Of a DNA stretch of 64,000 nucleotides, positions 1-19,365 are shown in pieces. How positions within the stretch are numbered: the stretch's first letter is position 1; the number at the start of each line of letters is the position of its first letter. The notes below the pieces were generated by a model. That model did not search any database and had not been told where the DNA came from. It saw nothing but the letters and a program-made list of their open reading frames with translations. The position numbers and the translations under genes were made by a program. Source of the stretch: the human T2T-CHM13v2.0 reference genome, Homo sapiens; assembly GCF_009914755.1 (NCBI RefSeq), contig NC_060925.1, one strand, 5' to 3'.

Positions 1-95
1 GTTAATTGTATTATATAACATTAATTATATGTAAGTATATATTATATGTAATATGTAAGTGTATATTATATATAATATATAATTATATATAACTA
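1..95. repeat. TA-rich low-complexity repeat
   Basis: Degenerate tatatt/ataat runs. Confidence 0.8.
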
Positions 96-437
96 GTCTC
101 TAGTTATAAGAGCAATTTGTGATTTTTTAGAAAACACAGGGGAGGGTTAGAATCACCCTAATTCCTCCATTGTGGTAGAATTCATTCCTTCCAGATATGC
201 TGCTTGGCAACGATTATATCACACATCACATACGTCTGGATCAAGTGTTACTTTGCAAGTATTCAGCTATGGCATTAAAGATCCTTTCAAGAACCCTTTT
301 GAATGGCTTCTCTAGGTGACACAGCAAATGGTGAGTAGCGACACACATTTATCCTCTCCCCCATTATTAGAGATGTGGGTGGGTTTTTCTCTCAGTGATA
401 AATAATGCAAAATAAACATTATTATTCAGGGGTTCAC

Positions 438-811
<374 letters not shown>

Positions 812-947
812 TGAGCATTGGGGTACATTATTATCCCCATTGTACAGACAAGGAGATAGAGGGCTTGGCCAATTAAGCAGCTCCCCTAAGGTGGCCCAGA
901 CTCCAGTGGCAGCCTCTGGGTTTGGATCCACATCTGTGTGAACTGTT

Positions 948-1249
<302 letters not shown>

Positions 1250-1531
1250 TGTGTGAACTGTTAATACCACCCGGCTCAGCCTTGTCCATGGTTAGTGCCG
1301 TAAACTCGACTTCTTTTTGCAGTGCTGCTCTGAGTACTTTTCAAGGCTTTTTGTCCACACTGCAAACATGCTCTGCAGCCTCCGAAACAGTGTCCAGCCT
1401 GTAGTATGTGCCTGATAAATATCAAACTAATGACTGAAAACAGTGGCAGTATACGAGCTTGCCTTTTTCACTATGATAGTACCTACACTGGGGATTCTCG
1501 ATAAAGAAAAAAGACAGAAATGTTATTGTTA

Positions 1532-1966
<435 letters not shown>

Positions 1967-2227
1967 CTATCCATATTATTTGCCCTCATTGTCTATATCA
2001 CGAGACCCCATTAATGTACTGGGGTCTCTGTGGGGTTTTTACCCCTTAAGTTGTGTAAGATTGTTATATGGCAAGAATATTAACTATTTGCTTGTCGTGT
2101 TAATTGTAACTATTTCCTCCAACCTGTTGTTTGCTTTTTATCTGAGATTACATTATTCCATCCCACAGGATTCCTAAGTATGCATCCATTCTCCCGGGTA
2201 AACCACGAGTCTCAAAAAGTAGGCAGC

Positions 2228-3153
<926 letters not shown>

Positions 3154-4142
3154 CCACAAAGTAGATTTCTAATAAAGTTTTCTCCAGGCTCACATAACAA
3201 AAGTGCACTTGATGGACACTGTCACTTCTTTTGAGCAAAGTCTCACCAAGATAGAAAGTATCACCATTTCCATTTTGCTGATGAGAAAACAGAGGCACAT
3301 AGAGGCTAAGCGACTTGCCCGTGAGCACACTGATTGTAGTGGTCAAGCCTGGATTTATATCCTGTGCTTCCTCCATCATGTGGAGTTGCTGGGGGTAAAG
3401 CCCAGGTCAGTGACAGGCAGCTGGTACAAGTCTCAAGCCCCTTTTCCTTGCTAAGCTGTTGTTCTGCCCAGTGTCTAAGAGAGAGAGAGAGAGAGAATAA
3501 GTGTGTCTATGTGTTGCATAGGATGAGGGGAAGCAGTTGGACTGAGACTGCATTGTGGAAGGCCTTGGATGCTGAGCCAGAGTCAGACTTCATTCTATAG
3601 AATATGTAGAATAAGCATACTCAGATTCCCCACCACATCCCCTCCCCTTCCCAGAAAACAAGAACCAACTTCACCCTGACTGTGGAGCCCATAACTGGGA
3701 AGCCTCACACCCTGAGCACTTGAGGTGGCCGAGCTGGAAGGGCCTTGAGAAACACCTGACCATCAGCTCTCATCTACCTCAATGAGGAGGGACCCAGGCC
3801 CAGTGAGGGGTGGTGACTCAGCCAAAGTCACACTACAACTTAGGGATTAGAACCCAGGTGTCCAATGCCCAGCTGAAGACCCTATCTTCTAATCACCCAG
3901 CCCCTCTAAACACAACCAGGGTATCTGTGAGCTAGCATGGAAGCACTTATTCGCTCATCCGCTTATTTCATTTATTCAATTAATATTTCTTCCTTTTTTA
4001 TCATCTCTGAGAAGCTGTGGCTATTCAGTTAATATTTATTGAGCACACTGAGGCACAAGAACACATGACAGTTTCTACTTGTAACCATGGGACTTGTGTA
4101 GTCACTGAGCCTCCAAGATGTGATACTCCCATGCCAGGACAG

Positions 4143-4145
<3 letters not shown>

Positions 4146-4178
<33 letters not shown>
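4146..4178. repeat. (CA)n microsatellite
   Basis: About 16 CA units. Confidence 0.95.
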
Positions 4179-4181
<3 letters not shown>

Positions 4182-4219
4182 GTAGCTGTGGTCATCTGGG
4201 CCTGCTCAAGAGTGCAGTG

Positions 4220-4560
4220 GTCAGAGCAAGGGCTTTACAGCCAGACAGGCCCAGCTCTGCCACTTACCTGGCTGTGTGACATTGAGCAAGTCACTTAACC
4301 TCTCTGAGTCTCAGCTGAAAATCATGTAACATGGTGATAATAATTATACCTGCCTCATAGAGTTATGATGAGAATAACAGGTAGAAATTCATTTATTCCG
4401 CATATATTTATTGAGCTCTTACCATGTGCTAGGCACTAAGGTTACAGCAGTGAACAAAACAGAATAATCTCCGCCCTCATGGAGTTTACCTTCTGGTACA
4501 TGCATGCTAACTTGTGGCCCTGATGCAGTGTCTGGCACACAGTAGATGCTCAATAAATGG
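4220..4560. mobile_element. MIR and L2 fragments
   Basis: MIR core (ccacttacctggctgtgtgac...agcaagtcacttaacctctctgagtctcag); L2 3' end (tttattgagc...ccatgtgctaggcact...gtgaacaaaacag). Confidence 0.75.
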
Positions 4561-5545
4561 TTATTTCTCACCTTCTCCTCCCACCCAGCAGTAGGTCGTG
4601 GGTGAGAAGCCAGGTGGGAGCCTCTTTCTTCTCTCCCGCTTCCATCTGCAGTTCTCGACTCCAGCCCCAGTACCTCACAGAAGCCTCTGGCTCCTCCTTC
4701 AAGAGTAGGAAGAGGGTGGGCAAAAAGCTGCAAACACTGTAGATGAGCAACAGGTAAAACGCAGTAGTAGCAGTGCTGCCCTTGGCCTTGGGGATTTGAT
4801 AGGAAAACTGAAGGAGGCTGGTAAAGCAAGAGGGTGGTGTCTGGGATTCTGCCCCTCCTTGTGCAGGCAAGGCTTCCTCCCACTGAGGTGAAGGCCTAAA
4901 GAGGAGTGTTTGCCAGAGAAGGGAATTCCTGAGGTGCAGTCTGTCCTGGATTGGAGACAGGTTACCTGGCTCCAGGATCGAGTCAACCAGCCTGCACTGA
5001 GCACCTACCGCCAGGCCCTTTGGAGACCATGATGTAAACGGGTCTTCTCCATAAAGCCTATACCCTGCCCGCTTTGCAGGGAGCACATCCAAGCTGGGAG
5101 GGGCTACATGCTTTGCAGCAAATCACAGAGCAGGTCAGCAGCTGAGAGGAGCTGAGCCCAAGTCTGTTCTGGCCAACTCTAAGGCCAGCAATGACTCTAA
5201 GACAGAGGAGAGAAGGAGGAGGAGGCCCCAGTTGGCCCAAGGCCCCAAGGCACCAGCAGTGGGAGGGAGGGGGCTGGGGAAGAGGGGAGCCTCCACAAGT
5301 GGGTCTCGGATTCAGGCCCCCAACACACAAAAGCTGAGCTGGCTCTGGTGGGGAAGGGGGTTTCCCAGTTGCTCTGGGCCTATTGGAATCTAACACAAGG
5401 ACAATACTTCCTCCACCTGCTTTGGGGGTCTGGGTTGAGGGAGCAGGGACTGTGACTCCCAGACAGCTAGAGGGGCAGCTTGGGGGAAGTGGGAGGACGC
5501 ATGGTGGATCCCATAGACCCCTTCTCCTGCCTTCTGTTTCTGAGT

Positions 5546-5600
5546 GTGCCTCAGCCTCACAGCAGTGCCTCAGCCTCACAGCAGTCCCTCACAGCAGTCC
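5546..5600. repeat. Short tandem duplication (19-bp unit)
   Basis: gtgcctcagcctcacagca x2 followed by a shortened gtccctcacagcagtcc. Confidence 0.85.
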
Positions 5601-7331
5601 GCTACGATGCCCATACTGGAGGGCCAGGGGGCCTGGTGGAGAGGTCAGCTGAGCCTGCCTGGAAGGCCCCAGGCTGGAGAGGTCCTGGGCTGGTCTGACC
5701 AAAGCCACCCGTGGCTGGTGGAACTGGAGGAGGTGGGAGAGCAGTGAGAGAGGTGCTCTTGTTTCGAGGCTCATGGCCCAGATCTGGAGATTGGGGTCAT
5801 AGACAGGAGGTGTCAATCAATGAACTCTAGATGGAGGAGTCATCACCCTGACCATTCACCCCACTGATTGCCACCCCCGCAGAGCCTCCCCTTCCACCTG
5901 CTGCTCCACAATTCCTCCAGAAGTGGGGTGACTAGAGTGCACATGGCAGTGCATTAGGAAAGGGGTTTACCATCGGCAGCTCTCCAGCCCAGGCCCACAG
6001 AGTCGGGTGGGGCTGGTCCGCACTGCAATAATGCACTTGGTCTGCCTAGGAGCCAGGGAATGGTTGACTTCCTCCCCCAGCCCCACCTCAGCAAGTCCAG
6101 CCTGGTCCCCATGAACTCAGGCCTCCCTCCACCCCTCCAATCCCCAGTCCCTCGGCTGGGCATTCCATGTGTGGAGCTGAGTGTGCATCTGTGAATGAGC
6201 TGAGACGAGCATGCAAGTGAGTGTACATGTCTGCAAGTGTGCAGGTGAGTGTGTGCATTAAGGAGTGTACATGTGCATTTGATTGCCCGCATGCATGTGT
6301 TAGACCAGGTTGCTGAGCACCCATGCATGTGCAGCTTGTACATCTGTGTGTGAGGGTCAAGAATCACAGAACCTCAAGGTTCCCTGGGACCCTGGAATCT
6401 TTCAATCCCCGCTGTAGGTGCAAATACATATGTGGGTGTGTGTCTGTACATAGGGGAAGGGGGAAATGCCACCAGGAGCTATGACAGACATTCTCAGAGT
6501 GCCAGCTCGCTGCCAGGCCAGGCGCCTAACACACAAGATTTTAACCAGCACAATAGCCCCCGGAGGTAGGGAAGGTGACAGCCCACTTTATAGTGTCTCA
6601 ACTGGAATGCAAGACATGGTCCAGGCCCCCCACTGTAGGAACCCTCACCATGACCTAGTAATGGGGGTGTGAGGCCCCGAGAGGGGACAGGTGTAGGCGT
6701 GAGTGTGCACACCAGGCTGTGTGGGGGAAGCGAGGGTGGAGAGTGGGCATATCAGAGTCTCGGCACACACCTGGGAGCTGTGTGGAGCACAGCATGTGGT
6801 TGCAGTGAAAGTGAGTGAGGCTGTGAGTGTGGGTGAGGACGAGAGAGCGTGCTGCGAGGGTCTGGGGGACGGAGAGAGAGCGAGGGGATGTGTGAGTCTG
6901 TGTGCATCTGAGTGAGGGTGTGGGAAACGCATCGAGTTTTTTCCTTTTTTCTTTCTCTTCTCTGCCTTCAACCAGGAACAGATGTCTGAGCAGTCCGACG
7001 AATTGGAAACATCTGAAACAACTGTCCGAGCTGAAGTATAATAAATAGACCTTTCATCACATTCCCTAGAAGGTGGTCGCTGGGGACAGGCTCCAGGGGG
7101 CATTTAGAGGGGTTGGGGGTTGAGAGTGGCCCGAAGATGGGTGAGTGGAAGGACGGATAGACTGGTCTCCGCTTTCCTGGGAAGGGCAGACTACCCTGGG
7201 AGGAAGGGAAGATAGACCTGCCCTCAGCACCCCCTAGCATCCATAGGCCTTGGTTTTCGTATCTGTGTAGTAGGCTTGGTGTTCAGTCTGTGTAGCGGGC
7301 CTGGTCTGGGACCTGGCCCCTTAAGGAATAA

Positions 7332-7637
<306 letters not shown>

Positions 7638-8540
7638 GGAAGAAGCATTTTTAACTTGGAAACAAGCTGACAGTTAACCAGACAATGGGACTGAGGGTCA
7701 GAAACCAGGCTCTTGCCCCCTGCCCCTGCCTCTCCTTGGGCCTGGCCTCTGCACTACCCACCCCACCCCCACCCCCCACACCTCCCAATGCACACATGGG
7801 GCCTCCTAGATCCCCAGAGCTTATGTGCCTTAAACTTTCCAAAGCAAGATGCACTGTTCACCCCCCTCCCCCAGATGTGTTGGTTTGAAGGGTCTGGTGA
7901 GACTATTACAGCTGGGGCTGGTGGAAGCAGGCAGGGGCCTGGAGAAGGGAGCTCAGCCGTGTTGGACAGAGGGTGTTCTGCCAGGCCTCACCACCACCCT
8001 TATCACGTCCCAGGCCCACATCTGCCACTGCTGCAGAGGCACATTCCTAAGAACTACCCAGGAAGTGGAGACCCAGAGGCCTTATTCTCACAGGAGCCAG
8101 ATGCAGTGCCCAGGGACCCCAGAGAGGGAGAGATGGGCAGAGGTGAGCCCAGGGAGCCAGGGTCCCTAGTCCAGGCCCCCGAGAGGCTGGTGTGGGAGGA
8201 GGGCAGACCACAGGGCTCAGGCTGGACAAAGGTCTTCCAGAAACTTGGGCTCCAGGGATTTTGATCTCAGAGACCCGAGGGGCTGTGCTTCAAAGGAAAG
8301 AGCCTTGGAAGGCTGTACCCAGCCTGCCAGTTCTTGCCTGGGTCTTTTCTGTTCAGTGGTTCTCTATAGTAGCAGCGAAGAAAACATTCCTCTGAACGCC
8401 CAAAGCAAGATGAGAGAAGGTAGACGGTCCTGACTTTACTACAGATCCAGGAGTTATGTGACCTTGGCCACCTCTGTAAGCTGCTGAGCATCACCTCTGT
8501 GAAATTGGTGTACATTAGCTCCCATCTTACCAGGTTGCTA

Positions 8541-9101
<561 letters not shown>

Positions 9102-9359
9102 CTAGGACCTCCTGTCTTGTGCTCCCCTAAAAATCCTGCCTTCTGCCATTACAAGTCATTACACATTATCTTGGCCACTTGGTCAAGGATGACTCCCCAC
9201 CCTGTAACCGAGGCCCTAAGACTTTGAGCTTGTTGAGAGCAGCACTGTGTCTACCTTATTCTCTGCCATGTACCCAGTGCCTATCAAATTTTTGGCATAG
9301 GGCTGGTTAAGTTTTTAAAGCTAATATATGCATGGCATTAATTTGGGGCCAGGAGGTGG

Positions 9360-10073
<714 letters not shown>

Positions 10074-11182
10074 TCAGAGAAGATAATTAGGCCTCAGGTT
10101 ATTTAGCTGATAACAAATGAATGAATGGCATAAAATAAGCTTGCCACCTAGTGAGGGAGACAGGTAGTTGTTAGGATAGAGATAGACAAGTTGCAGCCCA
10201 GCAGCTCTGGGAGCCAGAGGAAGGCTCTAACCTAGGTTGAATGAGAGGTATACTAATGGAGACTGAGTGGCCTAGAGCTCAGGCCCCAGGCCCCAACAGC
10301 TGGTAGATCCTGTTCTGGCTCCTCCTCAAGGTGCTCATTCTGGTCCCTCTAGCCAGGAACAGGGTGGGGCCTCTCCTCTTCACATTACCCTGGTTCCTGC
10401 CCTCTTCCCTCCCTCAAAACCCGGGACCCCCGCGCTCCCGCCACCAACCAAAAGCCATCCTGCCCAGCCTAGGGGGTTCAGATCAGCCTTCCTGGGGCTC
10501 AGATTCCCTAACCTGCCCTGGCCATGGTCTCTACCCCTGCATCTTCCCTGTCTGCTGAAGACATCATGGGGTCAGAGCGCCTGGGCTTCTTGCTCCTTTT
10601 GCTTAAGTAAACAAGTAAACCAAAGGTTCTCAGCTTGGATGGGAGGAGGTATCCTCCCTAATCCAAGCCAATGTTTCTCTTTGGCAAGACCCCTGCCCCC
10701 CAACCCCTGAGAGTCTTCCTGCCCTCTCACCCCTTCCCAGAGCCCCTTCCCTTTGAGAGTCAGCCTTGGACTCCAGAACCTGAGATTTCAAATCACCAGA
10801 GGTGGTTCCCAAAGGACCAGATCAACAAGATCCGTCTGACAAAAGTCAAATGCCATGAGGACTTCCAGAGGTTGGAGCCAGGACTAGGCTAGGTCTCTCC
10901 CTGGGTGATGTCGCAGCAGCTGGGGAGGCCTGGAGGGAGGGCCTGCCAGGCAGGGGCTGGGCATGGTGCTCTTTCAAGTTTCCTCCAGCTGGGAACCAGA
11001 GGGCTCTTCACACTTGAGCTTGCACTGAGATTGAGGACACGCCCGAGTGTGTCTGAAGTGGTGTGCCCCAGCCGTGTGGACTGTGAACACGTGTCAGTGT
11101 GGGTGTGTGTGCCAGCTGTGGGTTGACATATACATGCCTGAGTGTGTACTCACGAAAGTGTGCTTGAGTGTGTAAGAGACTC

Positions 11183-11470
11183 TATTTTTTTTTTTGAGGC
11201 AGAGTCTCACTCTGTCACCCAGTGCAGTGGTGTGCTCTCGGCTCACTGCAACCTCCATCTCCTGGGTTCAAGCAATTCTCCTGCCTCAGCATTCTGAGTA
11301 GCTGGGATTACAGGCGCGCGCCACCACATCCGGCTAATTTTTGTACTTTTAGTAGCGATGGGGTTGCATCATGTTGGCCAGGCTGGTCTCAAACTCCTGA
11401 CCTCAAACCATCCTCCCGCCTCGGCCTCCCCAAAGTGTTGGGATTATAGGCGTGAGCCACCACGCCCGGC
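11183..11470 (-). mobile_element. AluS inserted in a degenerate (TG)-rich tract
   Basis: TSD tgtaagagact at 11171-11181 and 11471-11481. Confidence 0.92.
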
Positions 11471-13359
11471 TGTAAGAGACTAAGTGCCTCCCTAGGGTGG
11501 CTGTCTCTGTGTGTCCATGTGTGTTGGTACCTGGGGGGCACATGTGTGTGTTTGAGTGTGTGTGTGTGCATGTCAGTAACTGGAGGGAGCATCTCACATG
11601 GGTCTCTGTGTGCCTACAGGGCTGTGGTGGGGCGTGTTTGTGTGCAGTGAGATGTGACCGGGAGCTCTGGCAGCCTGACATTCACACCCTGCCCATCCCT
11701 GGCAGCCCTGCCTTGCAGGGCTCAGACTCTCGGAGAGCATTTTGGAAGGTTTGAGAAGGCGGCATCCTGGCCCCTTGCAGTCACCCAGACAGACACACTG
11801 GGTGGGAGGAAACCGGAAACCGGAGCCTTCGGAGGCTTCCATGGACCTAACTTGGTTACACGCTCATTACTCAATTTCCCCACTGTAAGCCCAACGCTGC
11901 TGGCACAGGGTGGGGTGCAGCATGCACCCCCTCCACCGCAGCTCTGCAGCCCTCTCACGGGGTGTGGGGAAGGCTGAGGGAGGGCCCCCAGCCCTCAGGG
12001 ACCCCAGTGTGAGGGGAGACACGACCCTGCTTTGGGGGAGGCCTAATAAGAAGAGTGGTCCTAGAGGATTCCAGAGGTGGGCAGTTAGTCCATCCTGTGA
12101 AGCAGATAACATCAGCATGGCCTCATCTCACTAGCCTCAGCCCCAATCATCCCCTCGTCTCAAGGAATCCTCTCCCCTCGGACTGGCACTTGGTGCGGGT
12201 GAGGGCACAGCCATCTCCCGTGGCTGAGAGCCACCCGGGAAGTGGGAGGGGCCTGACTGCTCTCCCCCTCCAGGAGATGTGAGGTGCAGAGATGCGCAGT
12301 TCCTCACATCCCCAAACCTTCACCATTAGAGGTCCAGTTTGCAAAACCCAACGCCAGCCTAATGAGAAGCACATTGTCTCCCAGAAGACGCTGGGAGGAG
12401 AGGAGAGGGCAGCTCCCGCACCCTGCCATCCCGGGGAAGGCCTCCAAGCTACAGGGAAGAAGGCCAGCTGGCCCTTCTGCCCACCCCTTCTGGCATCCCC
12501 CGCCCTCCCTTGCTCTGTCTTCCCTTACCACAGGGTCCCCAGCCTTCGCCTTCCCTCCTGGGGGGTCATTTGGGAGCCAGATGTGGAGCTCCAGCCTCTG
12601 GGAGGGAGGAGCACAGAAGGAGAGAGAGGGAGAGTGGCCTTTGGAATCAAACAGATGTAGACATTGGAATGCGGGCTCCACCACTTGCTCACGAACTCTG
12701 ATCTTGGGCAAGTTTCCGAAACTTTCTGGGCCTTTGTGCCAACGCACCCACCTCCAAGGATGGCCTGAGGATGACAGCAGATCCCTAAGGCCACACCTGG
12801 GAAGCAGTGCCTGGCACATCACAGGTGCTCCATGCTTGGAGGTGCTACGGGGATGTCAAGGAGGGAAAAGACATGGGGGAGTTTCCTAGCCAGTGCTGAG
12901 GAGGAATAGCAAAGGCAAAGGAGCAGGCCGTGTGGGTGGAGGCGAGAGCCGGGTGCTGAGTGCAGGAAGCCTGTGGGAATTCCAGCTCTTCCCCTGGTGC
13001 TCCCTAGGGCTTGGGGCAGGCAGAGCCAAAAAGAAGCTGCAGGGTGGGGGCCAACTGCCCAGGCTCAGCTCCCAGCTCCTCACTTACTGGGTGTGACCTC
13101 GGACAAGACAGTCACAGTCCCCTCTCCAAGCCAGGCTTGCCTCCTTTGCAAAATGGAGAGGATAATAGTACTTACTGCTACCCCAAAGTTGTGGTGTAAG
13201 AAGGAAAGGGCTATAGTGTGCTTTCATCTGTGCCTGCCTTGTAGTAAGTCTGCAAAGAAATTTCTCCTCTCCTTCTCGCTCCTTAACCCATGTAAGATGA
13301 CCTATTTACTGACCCAATTACGTTACGCACAGTATCTTATTCAACCCTTAAAATACCCT

Positions 13360-14090
<731 letters not shown>

Positions 14091-14213
14091 AGCTATGAGA
14101 TCAACATATATTAGCCATTTGCCCTTAAAAACTTCATAGTAGGTTTCGGGAATTCAGTGCCAGGTTTGTTTGTCTCCAAAGCTCATGGTCAAGTTCTTTA
14201 GTTTGGGAGATAA

Positions 14214-14720
<507 letters not shown>

Positions 14721-17575
14721 AGGTGAACATTCTAGGACTCCAGTTTGTTTTCCACTTAGTAGCCACGAATTGGCTCACAGAAGTAAGGTGATGAATACGG
14801 AAAAGGAGCCCGGATCCCAGAAACAGTCATCTCCAGGGAAGAGGTCCTGCAACTCAGAGTCCTGTTCTGCTCAAGGGCAGTGGGGGCTTCCCAGGCACCA
14901 CTGAGCTCTCTCTGTCCCTTCTGCCTTCTGTCTCTCTGTCTATGCTTCTGATACTACAAAGTAAGGATTATTACTCCATTTTGCAGACGAGAAACGGAGG
15001 CTCAAGTAGATGAAGTAGCTTGCCCAAGCCCACACGACTGGGTACCAGGCGTGACTTTAAATGCAGTTGAAAGTCCCCAAACCTGTTTTTCCCACCATGC
15101 CAAGCTGCCCTGGACCTCTCCTCCATTTCTCTCGGCCTCTCTGTGTCTACCTCCTTCTGTATCTGTCTTCCCAGCTCCGTCTTCTATCTGTCTTTCTTTG
15201 TCTCTCTTTGCTTGCCTCTGTCTCTCAGCCTCTCTGTCTCTCCCTCTGTGTCTCTGTCTCTGGCTCATTTATTTTTTAATAACCACAATAATGAGAAAAG
15301 CTCCTTCCCGACCCTCCTGGGGAGGGAGACAAAAGGAGGGGAGCCCAGGGAAGAAGGGGAGGGATAACCTCCCCTCTTGCTCCTGAGAAATTTAATAAAG
15401 GGCCTGAGAAAGTGCTGGGCTCCACGGCCAGCCAGTACCCTGGGAAAGGGGGCGGCCCCCTCCCCCACCACAGACACCAGCTCTGCACGGGCCTAGGGTC
15501 AGGGAGGGAGTGTCTCGGTGCTGGGCCCCCCTTCTTCAGCTCACAGGCTTTATCTCTCCCCTCCCTGCTGGTGGGAGCAGTTCCCCCGGCTAATCCGTCC
15601 CTGAATATGGTCCATACCAGACTCCCTCCCCTTGACCCAGACCTGCGGCTTTCCCAGGAGAGCAGCCCAGAGGCTCCGAGGGGAGAATCAATCACAGAAT
15701 CATAGCCTCTGGACTCACAGGAGGTCAGGCGGTGCAGCCGCCTGCCTCTGCTGTGTCCAGGGCAGCTCCCCATGAGGCCATGCCCAGCCCCCTACCAACA
15801 TCAGTAGAGAGGGGGCTGGGCCTTCCCACCCCCATCCTGGCTTGCAAAGGCACCTGATGCCAAAGTGCCCAGTTGGCTTCTGGCCAGAGACAGCCCAGGA
15901 TCCCAGGCGGGAGGTTACCAGGCCTCCCGCCTCTGCCTCCTTGAGGGCCAGCATTGGCCAAGATGGAGAAAGCGAGTCATAGCATCCTTCAGTCCGGCCC
16001 CGGCCTCACCTCTCCCTCCATGGGTGGTTCATTCGGACAGGGGCTTAGCAGGTCAGAGTGGAAGAATGCCCTGGTCCAACCTCTGGGAGAACCAAGGGGA
16101 TGAAAGCTGCTGGTTGATAGGTGAGAGGGGGGCTTCCCAGGGGGCCGAGAAAGGAGGCCTGGCTGCTGCCAGGCTGCTGAAATGGACCCACAGAGAGGAG
16201 TCGTAGGGTTGGTAAGACGAGGCCAACTCGTCAGACGAACACCGAGGCCAAGTCCCACAGTGCAGGGAGGCCAATCCAGCTCTCCACCCAGGAATGCGCT
16301 CTGGGCTCCTTTCTGCCCAGAGAGACTGTAGGCCCCGGGGCTGCCCAGGCACAGTCATCCTGCTGTTTCCAGGTGTCCAGACAGCCTTTCCCATGCTGAG
16401 AAACCACACTCTGGCAGAGCAGACAGCATCTCCCACCTGGCCAGGAACCAGAGGGAGGGGCTGAGGGCCGGGGCCTGGGACTGAGCATGCATTCACACGC
16501 TCATTTGCTGTGCACTGCACTCTAGCAGGCCGTGCTGAGTTCCCAGGATAGGGAGTAAGAACAACAGCTCATTCTCTGGGGGGCTTACAAGGTGCCAGGG
16601 ACTGTGCTAATGCATTATCCCACTAGACCCTCACAGCAATGCAATGTGCCATCTGCACTTTAAAGATGAGAAAATTAGAGGTACAGAGAAGTTAGGTCAC
16701 TTGTTCAAGGTTACAGCCAATCCATAAGAAAGCCACCGTTCCAATTTGGCATTGAATGGAGCACAGCATGTCCAAGGGACAACGAGACACCCTTTCTGCC
16801 TCAAGAAGCTCGCAGACAAGAGAAGTGAAGCAGGGTGGAGTTGCAGGGAAGGGACAGGCAGAAAAGTGGGAGCCAAGGTACAGAGGTTTCCAGAGATGGC
16901 CTGAGCTAGGACTTAGTCCCACCTCCTTCGAAATGGGAAGGCAGAGCAGTGACCTCACAGGCACTGCCAACAGATTCCAGCTGCTGACAGGCTCTGTGCA
17001 GACTAACTGCCTGTCCGCCCAAGTCCCAGGTGCCCAGTGGGCAGCCAGAAGCAGCCCACACTCCTGCACACCTGGGACCCCCTTGCCTGGGGCCACAGGC
17101 AGAGGAAGTGAAAAGGAGCCAAGAGATGGAACCGGAAGACAAACATTTGCAGCTCCCAGCCTGATTCTGCTCTGTGCCAGGGCCTGCATTGGGCATTGTG
17201 GGGGTGTTAGCCGAGGTCAGCTGGGCAGCGCCCTGCCCCACCTTGAGGAGCCAATGATGGAGCATCCTAGAACCTTCTCAGAGAACTGTGGCCGTGGGGA
17301 GCGGAATGCACTAGGCACCGAAAAGGAGGTAGCCAACCCCAGGGGTCTGAGCTCCCCTTGGGGTGTAGGGCAGTGCAGTGAGGGAAGGCCTAGCTACTTC
17401 CTTTACTACATCTGAAGAAGTAGAGGTGGCCAGCAAAGGCCAGAGGAGTAAGGCATTTCCCAAGTACCCGTCCCCACTGGCAAAGCACTTGAAGACCCTT
17501 CCTTGTCCTCTCAGATAATTTTGATCCTCTAGTCCTTAAAATAGGAGTTTAATCTCCATTTTAAAAGAAACTGAG

Positions 17576-18165
<590 letters not shown>

Positions 18166-19034
18166 TCACTGGAGCTGGGAACTAATAGCAGAAAAACCTG
18201 TGAAGCTGCTAATGGGATAATGGAGAAAGTATTTATTTATTTTTCGAAGGAGGCCTGTGAGGATCTGGGGCAGGCCCAGTGTGAGGCCACAGAGGCGGGA
18301 GGTCAGCCCACTGTTAACAGGGATTAAGCAGACACCGTGGAATGAGGGGGTTTCCGGAGCAGAGGCTGGCAGCAGGGCCTGGTCTGATACTCTCAGTGAT
18401 TGCTCTCCCTGGGGACAGTAAGGCTGGGCCCGAGGACTCCCTCCAATCACTTCTAGGTAGGGGGCTCCAGGCTCCGCGCTTTCCTCTGCATCTGCTTCCT
18501 GCTATCCCGCCCAAGGTGCAGGCGCCCGTAGGGGGTCATCACATGGGTCTCCTGTCCCCAGGCAGTGTGACCCCAGCAGCTTGCTGAGGGATGTCTGGGT
18601 AGCTGCCTCCCCACATGCCCAGCTCCGGGAGGGAGGTGGTTCATATTGCACCTTCGGCTGGAGCCATGTCCATCCCCGGGAAGCTAGTTCTCCTTGAGAA
18701 ATGTCTTCATAAGCAAGGCACAATGGGTCTGCCCTCCCCTGTCCTCACTAGTGAGCCAGTTGTCATCTCTCCAGCAGATAGCACTGCCCTTGGACCTCCC
18801 AGCCCTAGCCCACCTGGAAACCCCTATTAAGCTTGAGGACAAGAAGTCCCTTAGCTGTCCTGCAGTGCCATGGCTCTCAGGCTGTGGGTGTGAGAGAGGC
18901 GCTCAGAGGCATAGGGGAGGCTGAGCAGGCAGGACCCCAGGCTCCCCCTGCTCCAGCCAGAGCAGTCCTGCTTTGTTTTACATGTTGACATTCCTCACAT
19001 TTCTCTCCACAATACTAAGGTTTCTACTTCTTTA

Positions 19035-19365
<331 letters not shown>

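Noticed and set aside
10142-10154. CTCF-like TGCCACCTAGTGA
   Set aside because: Mismatch at a highly conserved core position; too weak to call without data.
16210-16240. Minus-strand CTGACGAG...CTCG resembling a hammerhead ribozyme core
   Set aside because: The required GAAA after stem II is absent (reads CTCGTCTT).
16756-17415. 219-aa ORF (also 12284-12889 and 7713-8264)
   Set aside because: Composition typical of non-coding GC-rich DNA, no domain, no exon structure.
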